A stretch of 64,000 nucleotides of DNA from Nannocystales bacterium (GTDB taxonomy: Bacteria > Myxococcota_A > Polyangia > Nannocystales > Nannocystaceae): positions 32,001 through 96,000 of the forward strand of contig JBOEGF010000038.1 in NCBI GenBank assembly GCA_050633305.1. Direction: 5' to 3'. Below are positions 49,349 to 59,551 of this stretch, piece by piece; positions within the stretch are counted from its first letter, which is position 1; every line of letters starts with the position of its first letter. The notes under the pieces are model-generated. The model was not told where the DNA came from. It did no database searches and saw only the letters and a program-made list of their open reading frames with translations. The position numbers and the translations under genes were made by a program.

Positions 49349-50353
49349 ATGACCAATCCAGAGACCAAGGTGGTGCGTTTTCATGAGACCGGCGGTGCAT
49401 CCGTCCTGCAGATCGATTCGGTGCCACTGGCAGAGCCGGGGACGGGGGAGGTTCGGCTTCGGGTGGAAGCGCTCGGTCTCAACCGGGCCGAGGTGATGTT
49501 CCGCGAGGGGCAGTACCTGGAGGCACCCACGTTGCCTTCGCGGCTGGGGTACGAGGCAGCAGGGGTGGTCGACGCCGTTGGTGCGGAGGTCGAGGGCGTA
49601 GCGGTTGGTGACCGTGTCAGCACGATCCCCGCCTTCTCCATGGGAACGCACGGGGTGTATGGCGAAAGTGCAATCGTCCCGGCGACGGCCGTGGCGAGCT
49701 ACCCCGAGGCGTTGACGGCTGCCCAGGGCACGTCGATCTGGATGCAGTACCTCACCGCGTTCGGAGCCCTGATCGAGCACGGGAAGCTGTCGTCGGGGCA
49801 GACGGTGTTGATCACGGCGGCCAGCAGCAGCGTGGGGATCGCCGCGATCCAGATCGCCAAGTCTGTGGGAGCTACGGCGATTGCGACCACCCGCGGAGCC
49901 GCGAAGAAGCAGGGGTTGTTGGACGCGGGGGCGGACCACGTCGTCGTGACGGATGACGAGGACCTCGCGGAGGCTGTCTCCGCGCTCACAGACGGCAATG
50001 GGGCCCAACTCGTGTTCGACCCGATCGGAGGTCCCGGGTTGGAGGCGCTTGCCAATGCGACCGCAAGCGGCGGTACGATCTTCGAGTATGGGGCGCTGTC
50101 GACGGAGCCGACCCCGTATCCGCTGTTTGCGGCTCTGGGCAAGGGCCTGAGCATTCGCGGCTACACCCTGTTCGAGATCTCCGGGAACCCCGAGCGCCTC
50201 GCTCGCGGAAAGAGCTTCGTCTACGAAGGACTGGCGAGCGGCGCACTGTCCCCGCAGCTCGCGGAGCGCCGGTTCACCCTTGCCGAGATCGCCGAGGCCC
50301 ACCGCTACATGGAAGCCAACACGCACACCGGAAAGATCGTCGTCACGGTCTGA
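49349..50353 (+). CDS. NAD(P)H:quinone oxidoreductase-like MDR family protein
   Basis: GLNRAE, LGYEAAG, ITAASSSVG, AH.YME.N...GKIVV; divergent from HxlR. Confidence 0.93.
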   Translation: MTNPETKVVRFHETGGASVLQIDSVPLAEPGTGEVRLRVEALGLNRAEVMFREGQYLEAPTLPSRLGYEAAGVVDAVGAEVEGVAVGDRVSTIPAFSMGTHGVYGESAIVPATAVASYPEALTAAQGTSIWMQYLTAFGALIEHGKLSSGQTVLITAASSSVGIAAIQIAKSVGATAIATTRGAAKKQGLLDAGADHVVVTDDEDLAEAVSALTDGNGAQLVFDPIGGPGLEALANATASGGTIFEYGALSTEPTPYPLFAALGKGLSIRGYTLFEISGNPERLARGKSFVYEGLASGALSPQLAERRFTLAEIAEAHRYMEANTHTGKIVVTV

Positions 50354-50889
50354 CGTCGTCCGACGCTCCACAAGACCGCAATCGTCACCCGACAACCTGT
50401 TGTTAGCCGCGCGAGTGCCGCTGGATGAGCGGCGACGACGCGCGGCTCCGGTGTTGGGGCGGAGCTGAGACGCCTCTTGTTGGGGGCGACTGACGTGCCG
50501 AAGGGGGGGGGGCCGTCGCATGTGCCCGACTCGGCGTCGCGCTCTTCCTGGATGTGGACGGGCTGCCCGGAATTCACCACGGCAAAAGTGGGTACGACCA
50601 TCTGCCAGTGCAATGGATCCCGGGCCCGTCGGGATAGCGAACGGGCTGACCGGAATCAGCATAGTGCCGCTCGAGTTTTCGACTGATTCGTCGTGGTCGG
50701 AGGAAACCGACGGAGCTGTTGTGCGTGGTTCATTAAGCGAGAGCAAACGGTCACTTTTTGCCACGGATTGATCAGGATCCCGGCATTCAGATTCACAGGT
50801 TGTGTTCGACACCCGTGCTCGTGGGAGATGCCGCGCGGGTCGTCGTCGTTTGCCATCTGTTGAGACGTTCGGAAGGATTGAGAAGCGAT

Positions 50890-53481
50890 ATGTCGAAGTG
50901 TGGTCGTGTAACCGTTCTACTATCCCCTGTCTGGTGTTGCGCCTTGCTGCTTGGCGCGTGCGGCACTGAATCTGCAGAAACAGAGTCGCTGGCCGACTTG
51001 GCCCCTGGTCCGGAACATCGGGTCGGTGAACTTGCCGCGGTCTGTGAGCCCGTTGAACTCGACCCTCGCCTGTCGATCTTCGAGACCAACCCAGAGGTTC
51101 TGGCGCCGTTCACCATGCGCCGAATCCTTCGTCGAGCTGCCCTCAATGCTGGCTATTTCCCGACGCCCAGGCTGACGTATCAGCGGATGATCGATACGTA
51201 TGCGACGGGTGAAGAGGGGATGTTCCCGAATGGGCAGCATTGCGACGACGAGCTGCCGGATCCAGCGTTCACCAACACGAATGAGGAGCCGTGCGGGTTG
51301 CTCGGGTGCGACCAACGGTTCTTCTGCGCAGCCAACGACACGCAGTGCTTTGCGTGCAACGGGGAGGGGACGGCTTGTCCCAACTCCGGGCTGCCGCCAG
51401 GAGCTCACGCGGTGTGCGCGTTCGATGGATCGGGCGAGGTCTGCACGTTCGAGGGCAACGCGGTCTCCGATTGCGAACCTGTGGTAGGGGACGAATGCGC
51501 GGATGCCGGATGTCACCCGCTGGGCTGTGACGCGGTCGAGCTGTGCGACACGGAGTTCGACCTGTGCGTGATGTGCACCGGAGACCTCGACCAATGCGAG
51601 GTGACGCAAGGGGCGACGGATGAGCCGATCGAGCTGGTCTGCAACTTCACCGACCTGTGCCAACTCGACGTCGCGACCGGTGTGGTGTCGGATTGCCAGC
51701 CCGACCCTGACTGCGAGGAGGCCGCGTGCGGACCGCTGGGGTGCCAGCCCCAGTTTGTGTGCACGCCTGAGTTTGAGTTCTGTTTTGCCTGCACCGAGGA
51801 TGGAACGGAGTGCGATCCAGGGAGCCAGGCCGTGCCGTCTCCGACACAAGTCTGCAGCTTCGAGACCGGCGAGGTGTGTACGTTTGCGGACGGGATGCTC
51901 GCGGACTGCGGGCCCGACCTCGAAGGGGTCTGCTTTGGGGGTGGAGGAGACTCTGGCGGCTTTGGCACATCAGGCAGCAGCGGATTCGACAGCGCTGGGT
52001 TCATCAGTCCTGGGACCGCCACCACCCCCGGGACCGCCAGCGCCACTGCGACCGGGGGAACCGGAGGCTTCGACAGTGGGGGCTTCATCAGCGGAGGTGA
52101 AGTCGGAGGATCGGTCAGCACCTCCTCCTTTGGGGGTGGTGACTCCTTCGGGGACACCGAGTCGTTCGGGACCAGCGGGGGCTTCTTCGGAAGCAGCGGG
52201 GGTTTCGGGGAGACCTTTGGCGAGACGTTCGGCGGAGGCACGACAGGGGGCGGCGGAGGCCCCGGAGACGGGAGCGACTTCGGTGCGATCAACGGCTACC
52301 CGCTCGAGTGCCCGCGCATCGAGGCCAACCAGATCGACAACATCGACGAGTGGTTCCCGATCTCGATCAGCAACCGGTTCGACCTCGCTCCGGCCGACGG
52401 TGCGCACTGTGGCCAGCAGCGAATCGTCCTCGCGAACAACACGCAGGGGCGGATGTTCACGATCTTCGAGGCCCAGATCCCCAACCCCAGTCCCGAGTGT
52501 GGGCTGGACGCGTGTCGTCCGCTGGTCGAGTTCTGGGCCAACATGAACGAGGTCGAAGACCCGATCGCGCGTCGCTGGGAGTTGATCCGAGCGTTCTTCA
52601 TTGGCCATCCCGATCTGGAGGCGGCCGGCTTCGGCCCATTCGTCAATGCCGACCTCTATTCGTTCGGCACGGGGCAGGTGCGGACGAACAACTTCGACCA
52701 GTTCCCGTGGACGCTTCGCGAGTTCAAGCTGGTCGAGCACAGCTTCTTCGGAATCGTCCCGCGCGTGGGTGTGGTTCAGGTTCCGGTCGCAGACAGCCCT
52801 GTGGGCGACCACTTCAACGACGCACTCGAGACTCCTCTTGGTCCCGAGTGCCGCGAGAGCTTCCTCGACGCCATGGAAGGCTTGCTCACCGACGAACCGG
52901 ACGCGATGAGCTTCCCAATCTCCGCAGAATGCCGGGCCGCGGAGAGCCGTGATGACTTCGTTTCCGACTATGCGTTGCAGCTCGCAATCGGGACTGGAGA
53001 CTTCGAGTCCGAGATGCAGACTCGGCTCGACGACCTCGGCTCGGCCCTCACGCCGACCGACATCGCCAACCGTGCTCGCTTCGCGGGTGCTTGCATTGGC
53101 TGTCACCAGCAGAGCAATGGGGCCGACCTCGGCAACGGCGTGACGGCGCCGAACTCTGCCGGGTTCACCCACACGATGGAGTTCACGACCGAGTCGTGCG
53201 GCGATGGACAGCAGTGCTTCCCCATCTCGGACGCGCTCACGAACAGCTTCCTTCCTCACCGCGCCCAGGTGATGGAGGAGTTCCTCGCCGGCACGCCGTG
53301 TGAAGGCCCGGTGTGCCAACCCGCCGCGGGGTCGGGGCCCCTCGCCCCGCAAGACGTGCCTCAGATCCTGAGGCCCGGAGGCGAGCTCGACATCGACGCG
53401 ATGCTGATGCTCGAACGCCAGGGAAGGCGAACAGGGGCGCAGCGCACGATCGGCGGGCGCTCGACGTTGGCGACGCACTGA
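50890..53481 (+). CDS. Large lipoprotein with three 10-Cys repeats, Gly-rich linker and CxxCH (putative c-type cytochrome)
   Basis: Lipobox LGAC; repeats 51283-51933; NRFDLAPADG.HCGQ.RI; GQVRTN; CIGCH at 53092-53106. Confidence 0.82.
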   Translation: MSKCGRVTVLLSPVWCCALLLGACGTESAETESLADLAPGPEHRVGELAAVCEPVELDPRLSIFETNPEVLAPFTMRRILRRAALNAGYFPTPRLTYQRMIDTYATGEEGMFPNGQHCDDELPDPAFTNTNEEPCGLLGCDQRFFCAANDTQCFACNGEGTACPNSGLPPGAHAVCAFDGSGEVCTFEGNAVSDCEPVVGDECADAGCHPLGCDAVELCDTEFDLCVMCTGDLDQCEVTQGATDEPIELVCNFTDLCQLDVATGVVSDCQPDPDCEEAACGPLGCQPQFVCTPEFEFCFACTEDGTECDPGSQAVPSPTQVCSFETGEVCTFADGMLADCGPDLEGVCFGGGGDSGGFGTSGSSGFDSAGFISPGTATTPGTASATATGGTGGFDSGGFISGGEVGGSVSTSSFGGGDSFGDTESFGTSGGFFGSSGGFGETFGETFGGGTTGGGGGPGDGSDFGAINGYPLECPRIEANQIDNIDEWFPISISNRFDLAPADGAHCGQQRIVLANNTQGRMFTIFEAQIPNPSPECGLDACRPLVEFWANMNEVEDPIARRWELIRAFFIGHPDLEAAGFGPFVNADLYSFGTGQVRTNNFDQFPWTLREFKLVEHSFFGIVPRVGVVQVPVADSPVGDHFNDALETPLGPECRESFLDAMEGLLTDEPDAMSFPISAECRAAESRDDFVSDYALQLAIGTGDFESEMQTRLDDLGSALTPTDIANRARFAGACIGCHQQSNGADLGNGVTAPNSAGFTHTMEFTTESCGDGQQCFPISDALTNSFLPHRAQVMEEFLAGTPCEGPVCQPAAGSGPLAPQDVPQILRPGGELDIDAMLMLERQGRRTGAQRTIGGRSTLATH

Positions 53482-53501
53482 GATCCGCGCATCTGGATCG
53501 C

Positions 53502-53532
53502 AGCGGGCGGCTCGATGGAGCCGCCCGCTTTT
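53502..53532 (+). terminator. Rho-independent terminator
   Basis: Perfect 12-bp stem AGCGGGCGGCTC-GATG-GAGCCGCCCGCT followed by TTT, between convergent genes. Confidence 0.8.
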
Positions 53533-53576
53533 CGTCGTGTTTCTGATACCCGAGCCCGCTTTCCAGCGGTGTCGCT

Positions 53577-54278
53577 TCAGCTCTCGCAGCAGCAGCGAAC
53601 GGCCTGAGCATCCATGCTGGGCTCGGGAAGCTCTTCGTTGCAGGACTGGGTCGGGGCGAGCAGGCCCTCGTCCGTGCAGTCGAGCGCCCCGAACGCCCAG
53701 GAGGTGGCGAGCGCATCGGAGTCTTCCCCGACCGCGCATGAGGCGGGTACGCAGACCATCTCCGCTGCAGCGCAGACGTCCGCACAGCTGGCGAAGGTAT
53801 CGAGGCTCGTGCAGTCGCTCCAGACCCCGGTGGGTCCGCCCTCGACGCTGAGGTGAACCTCGAGCAGTTGGAGGGTCAGGGCTTCGATCGACGCGGCCCG
53901 CTGAGCCGGCTCAAACCCGTCCCGCTCCACCCATATCGTGACCTCGTCCGCCGTGAAGAGCGGGCTGGTGTCACAGAGATACCCGCCTGCCACGAGGGTG
54001 TCCGCCGGACAGGGGATGGCTTCCTCCTCGCCCTCGGCCACCATCGTCACGACGGCCTGGACGTCTTGTAACATGTACTTTGGGAACACCCGAAAACCTT
54101 CATCGGGTGGTGCCTCGGGGTCTCCTGTTGTCCCGTCCGCAACGGAGTCGGACCCTGACTCGCTGGTGTCGGCTCCGTCGGTGTCGGAGAATCCGCCGTC
54201 CTCCGAAGGGTCGCAAGCCACGAGGTGCAGACCGAAGATGAAGAGCGTTGTTCGCTGTAGTTTAAGACCAAACATCAT
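53577..54278 (-). CDS. Cys-rich hypothetical lipoprotein
   Basis: Lipobox LVAC; C-terminal SCADVC....C...RCCC module. Confidence 0.75.
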   Translation of the reverse strand: MMFGLKLQRTTLFIFGLHLVACDPSEDGGFSDTDGADTSESGSDSVADGTTGDPEAPPDEGFRVFPKYMLQDVQAVVTMVAEGEEEAIPCPADTLVAGGYLCDTSPLFTADEVTIWVERDGFEPAQRAASIEALTLQLLEVHLSVEGGPTGVWSDCTSLDTFASCADVCAAAEMVCVPASCAVGEDSDALATSWAFGALDCTDEGLLAPTQSCNEELPEPSMDAQAVRCCCES

Positions 54279-54287
54279 TCCCACCGC

Positions 54288-55406
54288 CTAGTTCCGTGAG
54301 CTCAGCAGCGTGCCGGCGGAGGTCCCCAAGAGTTCGTCAAACTCTGCCCCCAGGCCCTGCAGTCCGACGCCCCAGGCATCGATGCTTTCGATTCCCTCCA
54401 AGATCCCGATGCGTCGCGCCTCCGGGACGAGGAAACCGTGGTTGTAGAGCTCGGCACCATCAAAGCGCGTGCCGATGTGTTCGAGCAGTTCGTTCGCTGC
54501 CGCTGCGCTTGTTTGTCCGTCCCGGACACACCAGGTGTCTCCGAGCACCAAGACGTGAGCGCCTTCGCCGAGCATCTCGCCGACCGCAGTGGCGCTCACG
54601 GGGCCGCAAAAATCCGCTACGACGACGTCATACGCCAGGGGATCGACTTCCGAGAGGAGCTTGAAGTCGATGCTTCCGATGGTGTCGACCATTGCAAAGT
54701 AGGGCTGCACGTTGCCCGCTAGACATCCCACAGCGTCACTGCGTGGGTCGCAGTCGGCGACCCAAAGGACGTTCACACCTGCGAGAGGATCTGGCCCGGT
54801 GCCGTCGGTGTCCCCATCGGTGTCTCCGCCGGGTCCGTCGGTGTCGCCGTAGGTGTCCCCGTCTGTTGTTCCTCCCGTGGTGCTGCTGGCTGCGCCTCCA
54901 GTGGTGCTGTCGGTGTCGACTCCGCCGGTCGTTGTCGTGGCGTCGGTGTCTGCGGATCCGGTTGTGCCGTCGGTGGAACTCGAGGTGCCCGCTGTTGAAC
55001 CCCCGGTGCTCGTCGAGGATGAGCCCGGCTCGCCACCCGCCGCCAAGGACAGGTAGATGTTGCGGACAAGGTCGAGGTTTTTGGTGGGGATCCCTGTCTT
55101 ACCCCAGACGACGACCGCGGCATCCTCGTCCAGCGGCCACGGCGTCGGCCACTGCGGCAGGTCGGGAACCGTAGGGTCGCCGCCGCTGCCACGCGTGCCG
55201 CTCTCGTCCATGTCGTCGTCGTCGTCCATGGGGGACGTGGGATCGCTCGTGAAGCCGTCATCGGATGGGGCCGAGGAGCTGCTGCCACAGCCCCCGCCTT
55301 GGCTGTCTTGCTCTTCCTCTTCTTCGGAACCCCAGCGCACGCATCCGTTGGACGCGATGCACAAGACCGAGATCGTCAGCAGTACTCGGGATGTTCCAGG
55401 CCGCAT
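54288..55406 (-). CDS. Hypothetical lipoprotein with Thr/Gly/Asp linker and alpha/beta C-terminal domain
   Basis: Lipobox SNGC; TAATG coupling to the upstream gene; L..YDVVV..., G..VLVLGD, N.LL...G motifs. Confidence 0.75.
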   Translation of the reverse strand: MRPGTSRVLLTISVLCIASNGCVRWGSEEEEEQDSQGGGCGSSSSAPSDDGFTSDPTSPMDDDDDMDESGTRGSGGDPTVPDLPQWPTPWPLDEDAAVVVWGKTGIPTKNLDLVRNIYLSLAAGGEPGSSSTSTGGSTAGTSSSTDGTTGSADTDATTTTGGVDTDSTTGGAASSTTGGTTDGDTYGDTDGPGGDTDGDTDGTGPDPLAGVNVLWVADCDPRSDAVGCLAGNVQPYFAMVDTIGSIDFKLLSEVDPLAYDVVVADFCGPVSATAVGEMLGEGAHVLVLGDTWCVRDGQTSAAAANELLEHIGTRFDGAELYNHGFLVPEARRIGILEGIESIDAWGVGLQGLGAEFDELLGTSAGTLLSSRN

Positions 55407-56188
55407 TAGAATTCCCCCCGAAGCACGAGACCGCCGGAGCCTCGGCCGATGTTGGGGGCGACGGACAGCCGTACGTTCTTCCGGACCCAGTTCTTGTACG
55501 ACGAGCCGTAGAACATCAGGCCTGCACTCGCGCTTGCCGCCAGCGCAAAGCCAGCCACGACCGCCGTGGAGGAGCGCTGATAGGTCTTCACACAGATCTC
55601 CGTTTCGCACTGTGGCGTTGGGATCCAATAGAGGGTCCGGGCGGTCACCATTCCGATCAATGAGGCCGGAAACAGGATGGCTCCTGTCAGCACGAGGCCG
55701 GAACGATCGTAGACATGGCCGCGCTCGCGTGCATCTCGTGCCGCGGAGTACTTCCCGTAGCGTTGCCCTCCAGCCGCGGTCAATGCGATGCCGGTGCCGT
55801 ATGAAAGCAGTGAAACCGTATGGCTCGCAACGGAGCGGATGGTGCCCCCACTGCATTCGACGTCGCTGTTTGTGGGGCCGCAGCTGGTTCGCCATGCGTC
55901 GCTGCCGAGGATCGAGAACGGCACGCCGAGTGCGACCGCCACCGGTCCTGCAATCAAGAATCCCAAACCGCTCGGAGGCTCTTCGCGGGTGACCGTGGGT
56001 GCGGGGGCTGGCGTCCGAGCTGGCGGCGCAGTGGCGGGCGGCGGAGCCTGAGTGGCGGGCGGCGGAGCCTGAGGGGTAGGCGCTGGTGGCTGAGCCGTGG
56101 GCGCCGGGGGTGGGGCGGCCGTCGTCGGTTCCGGCGCGGTCGCGGATGCCGCCATCGCGAGGAGAGCGGAACTCAAACCCACTACCAT
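55406..56188 (-). CDS. Hypothetical myxobacterial membrane protein with Pro-rich N-terminus
   Basis: Signal, PPA repeats (21-bp tandem 56031-56072), two Cys-bridged TM pairs, C-terminal ..GGLVLRGEF. Confidence 0.78.
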   Translation of the reverse strand: MVVGLSSALLAMAASATAPEPTTAAPPPAPTAQPPAPTPQAPPPATQAPPPATAPPARTPAPAPTVTREEPPSGLGFLIAGPVAVALGVPFSILGSDAWRTSCGPTNSDVECSGGTIRSVASHTVSLLSYGTGIALTAAGGQRYGKYSAARDARERGHVYDRSGLVLTGAILFPASLIGMVTARTLYWIPTPQCETEICVKTYQRSSTAVVAGFALAASASAGLMFYGSSYKNWVRKNVRLSVAPNIGRGSGGLVLRGEF

Positions 56189-56619
56189 CGCTCGCTCCGT
56201 TTTGCGGCGGCCAGGCCGTTCATAGCCAATCGTCTTCTAGTTTTCATCAGTCCAATCCTCTAAGCGCCACAAGAATATTACGGTGGCCCCGTGTCAGTCG
56301 CCACCGGGTTCGATCGGTTGCATCGCGAAGGCGATTTATTCAATCCAACAAGGTGTGACGAAATTGTCAGGGTCTCGGAACGGTCCGGCTCCCGCGCGTG
56401 CACGCGCTTGCGGACCATTGTAGGACCCCGGCCTCGGCGTCGCGAAGCCTGCGCGTCCTCGCCTCCATCGTCGTCCGAGTCGGCACCGTCAGGAGGGGTG
56501 GCGCTGGTGTTCGAGCCTCGGAGCCGCAATGGACAGCGTCACCCGCGGAGTGCGACGATGATGTCGTGGGCGGCGAGGGAAAACGGAAGTCGACGACGCG
56601 CGAGATCGGCCTGCTGTTG

Positions 56620-57981
56620 ATGGGGCTGGCGGTCGCAGTCGGCGGTTGTGGCGATGCGGACAACATCGAGGCCGAAGACGCGGGATCGATGGGGATCACC
56701 GTAACCGCGTCCAACTCGGGGGGGACGGACGCGCCCAGCACGGGGACGGGCGCCACGAGCACGGCGACTCCGGACGGGGATTCCAGCTCGGGCGTCGCGC
56801 AGACCGACACCGCGGTGGGGAGCTCCGCGACGGGCGACATCAAGTTTGATCTCGCCTCCCCCGACGGCGGAGTCGGTTGTGGGGGCGGGATGATGGCCGA
56901 CGACACGTTCTCGTACATTTGGATCGCGAACAGTACCGAGGGCACGGTCTCGAAGATCAATACCCAGACGCTGGTCGAGGAGGGGCGGTACATCGTTCGG
57001 GACGACTCGGCGGGCAACCCGTCCCGGACATCGGTCAACCTCAGCGGCGACGTGGCCGTGGCCAACCGGGCCGGCGGGGTCGTGAAGATCCGGGCCAACA
57101 TCAAGGACTGTCAGGAGTCCAACGGGATGCCGGGGATCCAGACGAGCTCGGGTCCCGGGGACGTCCTGCCGTGGGGCGTCGAGGAGTGCATCGACTGGTA
57201 CACTCCGTTTCCGCAGTACGGCACGCAGCGGCCTCTCGCGTGGACGCAGGGCACGCTCAACCCTGCGACGTGCCAGTACGAGAACCAGAAGATTTGGACG
57301 TCCGGTCGTGCCGGGTTGAGCCAGCCGGGCCCGGCGGATGTGGTGCTCATGGACGGCGACACCGGGGTCGTCGAGCAAACCGTCACCGTCGCGAGCTCGT
57401 CTGGGTGGGCAGGGTTGTATGGCGGGGCGGTGGACGGCGATGGCAACTTCTGGACCGTCGATCACGATTGGACCGCGGGCGGCAGCGAGCTCATTCGCGT
57501 GAACATGTCCGACTTCACTTACGACAGCTGGCCCACCGAACTCGAAGTTCACTACGGGCTCGCGGTCGATTCAAACGGCCGTGCATGGCTATGTGGTGGA
57601 GGCGTGACCTCGAGGTTCGACCCCGCCACCGAAACCTGGACGCAGCCGGCCAACACCACACCGTCGGGCGCGGTGTACGGAGGCTGCATGACCGACGGCG
57701 ACGGAACGCTGTGGCACAGCCGAAACGGAGACGGAATGATGCTGGGGATCGATACCGAGACCTTGGCCATCGTGCAGTCTCACCCGCTTCCGGCGTACGT
57801 CCACGGTGTGAGCATCGACTTCGACGGCTACGTGTGGGGTGTGGAGTTCGCGGGCACCAATGCCTATCGGCTCGACCCCACGACAGGGCAAGTCGATACC
57901 GTCTCGGGCCTCGTGGGTGCCTACACGTACTCGGACATGACGGGGTTCGCGTTGTCCTCCGCCGGCGTTCCGAGCCGGTAG
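56620..57981 (+). CDS. Lipoprotein with Vgb-like beta-propeller (paralog of 2294-3691)
   Basis: Lipobox VGGC; YIWIANS.EGTVSKINT..L.EEGRY; NPSRTSVNLSGDVAVANR; YTYSDMTG. Start uncertain. Confidence 0.85.
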   Translation: MGLAVAVGGCGDADNIEAEDAGSMGITVTASNSGGTDAPSTGTGATSTATPDGDSSSGVAQTDTAVGSSATGDIKFDLASPDGGVGCGGGMMADDTFSYIWIANSTEGTVSKINTQTLVEEGRYIVRDDSAGNPSRTSVNLSGDVAVANRAGGVVKIRANIKDCQESNGMPGIQTSSGPGDVLPWGVEECIDWYTPFPQYGTQRPLAWTQGTLNPATCQYENQKIWTSGRAGLSQPGPADVVLMDGDTGVVEQTVTVASSSGWAGLYGGAVDGDGNFWTVDHDWTAGGSELIRVNMSDFTYDSWPTELEVHYGLAVDSNGRAWLCGGGVTSRFDPATETWTQPANTTPSGAVYGGCMTDGDGTLWHSRNGDGMMLGIDTETLAIVQSHPLPAYVHGVSIDFDGYVWGVEFAGTNAYRLDPTTGQVDTVSGLVGAYTYSDMTGFALSSAGVPSR

Positions 57982-58201
57982 GGTCCGTCCCGACCGACGC
58001 TTCAAAGCAGGGTCGTTCCGGAAGATGACGACTTGACGCGCTACGCGGACGAGGTCGCGGCCCAGAGTGTCGAGCGGGTGTTCGAGTTGCACTACGGCGC
58101 CGAGCAGTCTGAGGGGCGACCCATTCGCTCCGGTGACGACAGCGAGCAAGAACCACAGCACCGTCTTGACGCGGTCCACGGGGCATGCGGGAATCCTGCA
58201 C

Positions 58202-59314
58202 ATGCCAAGGGCTGACGCGACCGTATTCATACTCGTCGTGGGATCCAGCACCTGGTGCGGTTGCACGCGCCCCGCTCCGCAACAGCGAACCCCCGCCGAG
58301 CATGAGGTGCCAGCTGAGGCCGCGATGCGGGAGACTGCTCCTCGTCCGGAAGCCGCCCCTCGCCAAGGCGGACAACCTCTGGGAGCGCTCCGGCGATTCG
58401 GAAAGCGCGGTGTGTCCCCCAAGGTCAGTTCCGGCCTCACTGAGTTTCGGGACCTGTGGTACGCAGGGGTCTGGCCGGATTCGGTGTTCGGGGTCGAGGA
58501 CTACGGCACAATTCGACGGTGGCGCCGAAGTGACGGCGAGGAGCTTCCCGTCATTCGCTTCGAGAACGACGGAAGTGCCTTCGATGTCGTGGGGGACAGG
58601 TTCATTGCGTTGGCGAGCGACGAGTCGATATGGACCGTCGAGGCCAAGACCGGAAAGACGAGATGCAAGGTCGACGCAGAGGCCGGCGCCGTCCTCGGGT
58701 CTGTGACTCGCCTCGGGGACGGCGAGCACTTCGCTGTCGTCAACGAAAAGCTCAGGGTGTTTGACTCCCAGTGCGACCTCGTGAAGACGTTCACATTTTC
58801 GGACTTCTTGTACTCCGCGGGGCTTGTTCCCCACCAGCCCATCCTGAGGTTGACGCTCGGGGATTCGGCTCCGGACGAAGTGAGTGGACGGATGTGGCAC
58901 GAAGACGTCAGTGTTGGCAGCTGGAACATCACGGAGGTGGCCGGCAGCGCCACCGACGAGCAAGAGATCCACTTCATCGAGACGCCGGAGTGGATCGTCT
59001 ACGACCCGGAGTCTCCCGAAACGCATGCCTACGTGGAGTTGGCTGGGGGGAAGCGCCTGGATCTCGGCGATGGTTTTAGCTACGTGCAACCGACCATCCG
59101 TTGGTTGTTGGCCCCCCATGGGCGCACGGCTGTTGTCTTCGTCGACGACATCGAAGCCGGGGAGACCGACGGCTACGTGCTCTCGCTGCCCGAGCGAACG
59201 CTCCGACGCCGAATCGAGCTTCCGATGGAGTCGCTCCACACGGGGATCGACCCCACGGGCCGATGGTTGACGGTGACGGACGAAGACACCGTGCTCCTGT
59301 ACGACCTCCAGTAG
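58202..59314 (+). CDS. Hypothetical WD40/PQQ-like beta-propeller protein, probably a lipoprotein
   Basis: Signal-like N-terminus (WCGC); blade motifs ending DPTGRWLTV....VLLYDL. Confidence 0.7.
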   Translation: MPRADATVFILVVGSSTWCGCTRPAPQQRTPAEHEVPAEAAMRETAPRPEAAPRQGGQPLGALRRFGKRGVSPKVSSGLTEFRDLWYAGVWPDSVFGVEDYGTIRRWRRSDGEELPVIRFENDGSAFDVVGDRFIALASDESIWTVEAKTGKTRCKVDAEAGAVLGSVTRLGDGEHFAVVNEKLRVFDSQCDLVKTFTFSDFLYSAGLVPHQPILRLTLGDSAPDEVSGRMWHEDVSVGSWNITEVAGSATDEQEIHFIETPEWIVYDPESPETHAYVELAGGKRLDLGDGFSYVQPTIRWLLAPHGRTAVVFVDDIEAGETDGYVLSLPERTLRRRIELPMESLHTGIDPTGRWLTVTDEDTVLLYDLQ

Positions 59315-59551
59315 CCCGTCCGTGGAACGAGGCTAGATACGCTTGCGTCTGGTGGGTGAACCGCCTGGCAGGCGACGCTCCCGAGGGCTGCAACGCAGAG
59401 GAGGCGGTCGCTCTCCGTCACACCAAACCCCTCAGGGCGGCGAGATTTGGCGCGCACGGAACGGAGAAACGCCCCAGGTCCGAACTTGTTGCAAGCCGTT
59501 GAACGCGACGACACGTGGCTGATGCCTCCAGCGCCAAGGCTGTGGGTCGTC

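Noticed and set aside
50570..50660. GGCAAA...GATAGC..GGGCTG resembling a c-di-GMP-I riboswitch
   Set aside because: No GNRA-capped P2 stem and no GACGCAAA junction. An Rfam scan would settle it.
1105..56110. Tandem repeats at 1105-1180, 32028-32090 and 56031-56110 considered as CRISPR-like arrays
   Set aside because: All are short in-frame coding repeats without unique spacers, and no cas genes are present.
57990..58200. Coding-like stretch (DDDLTRYADEVAAQSVERVFELHYG)
   Set aside because: Too short, no convincing start and no recognisable family.
59345..59430. Possible stem-loop (TGGTG..ACCGCCT...AGGCGGT..CACCA) upstream of the FG-GAP gene
   Set aside because: Imperfect pairing is expected at this GC content, and it matches no RNA family I recognise.
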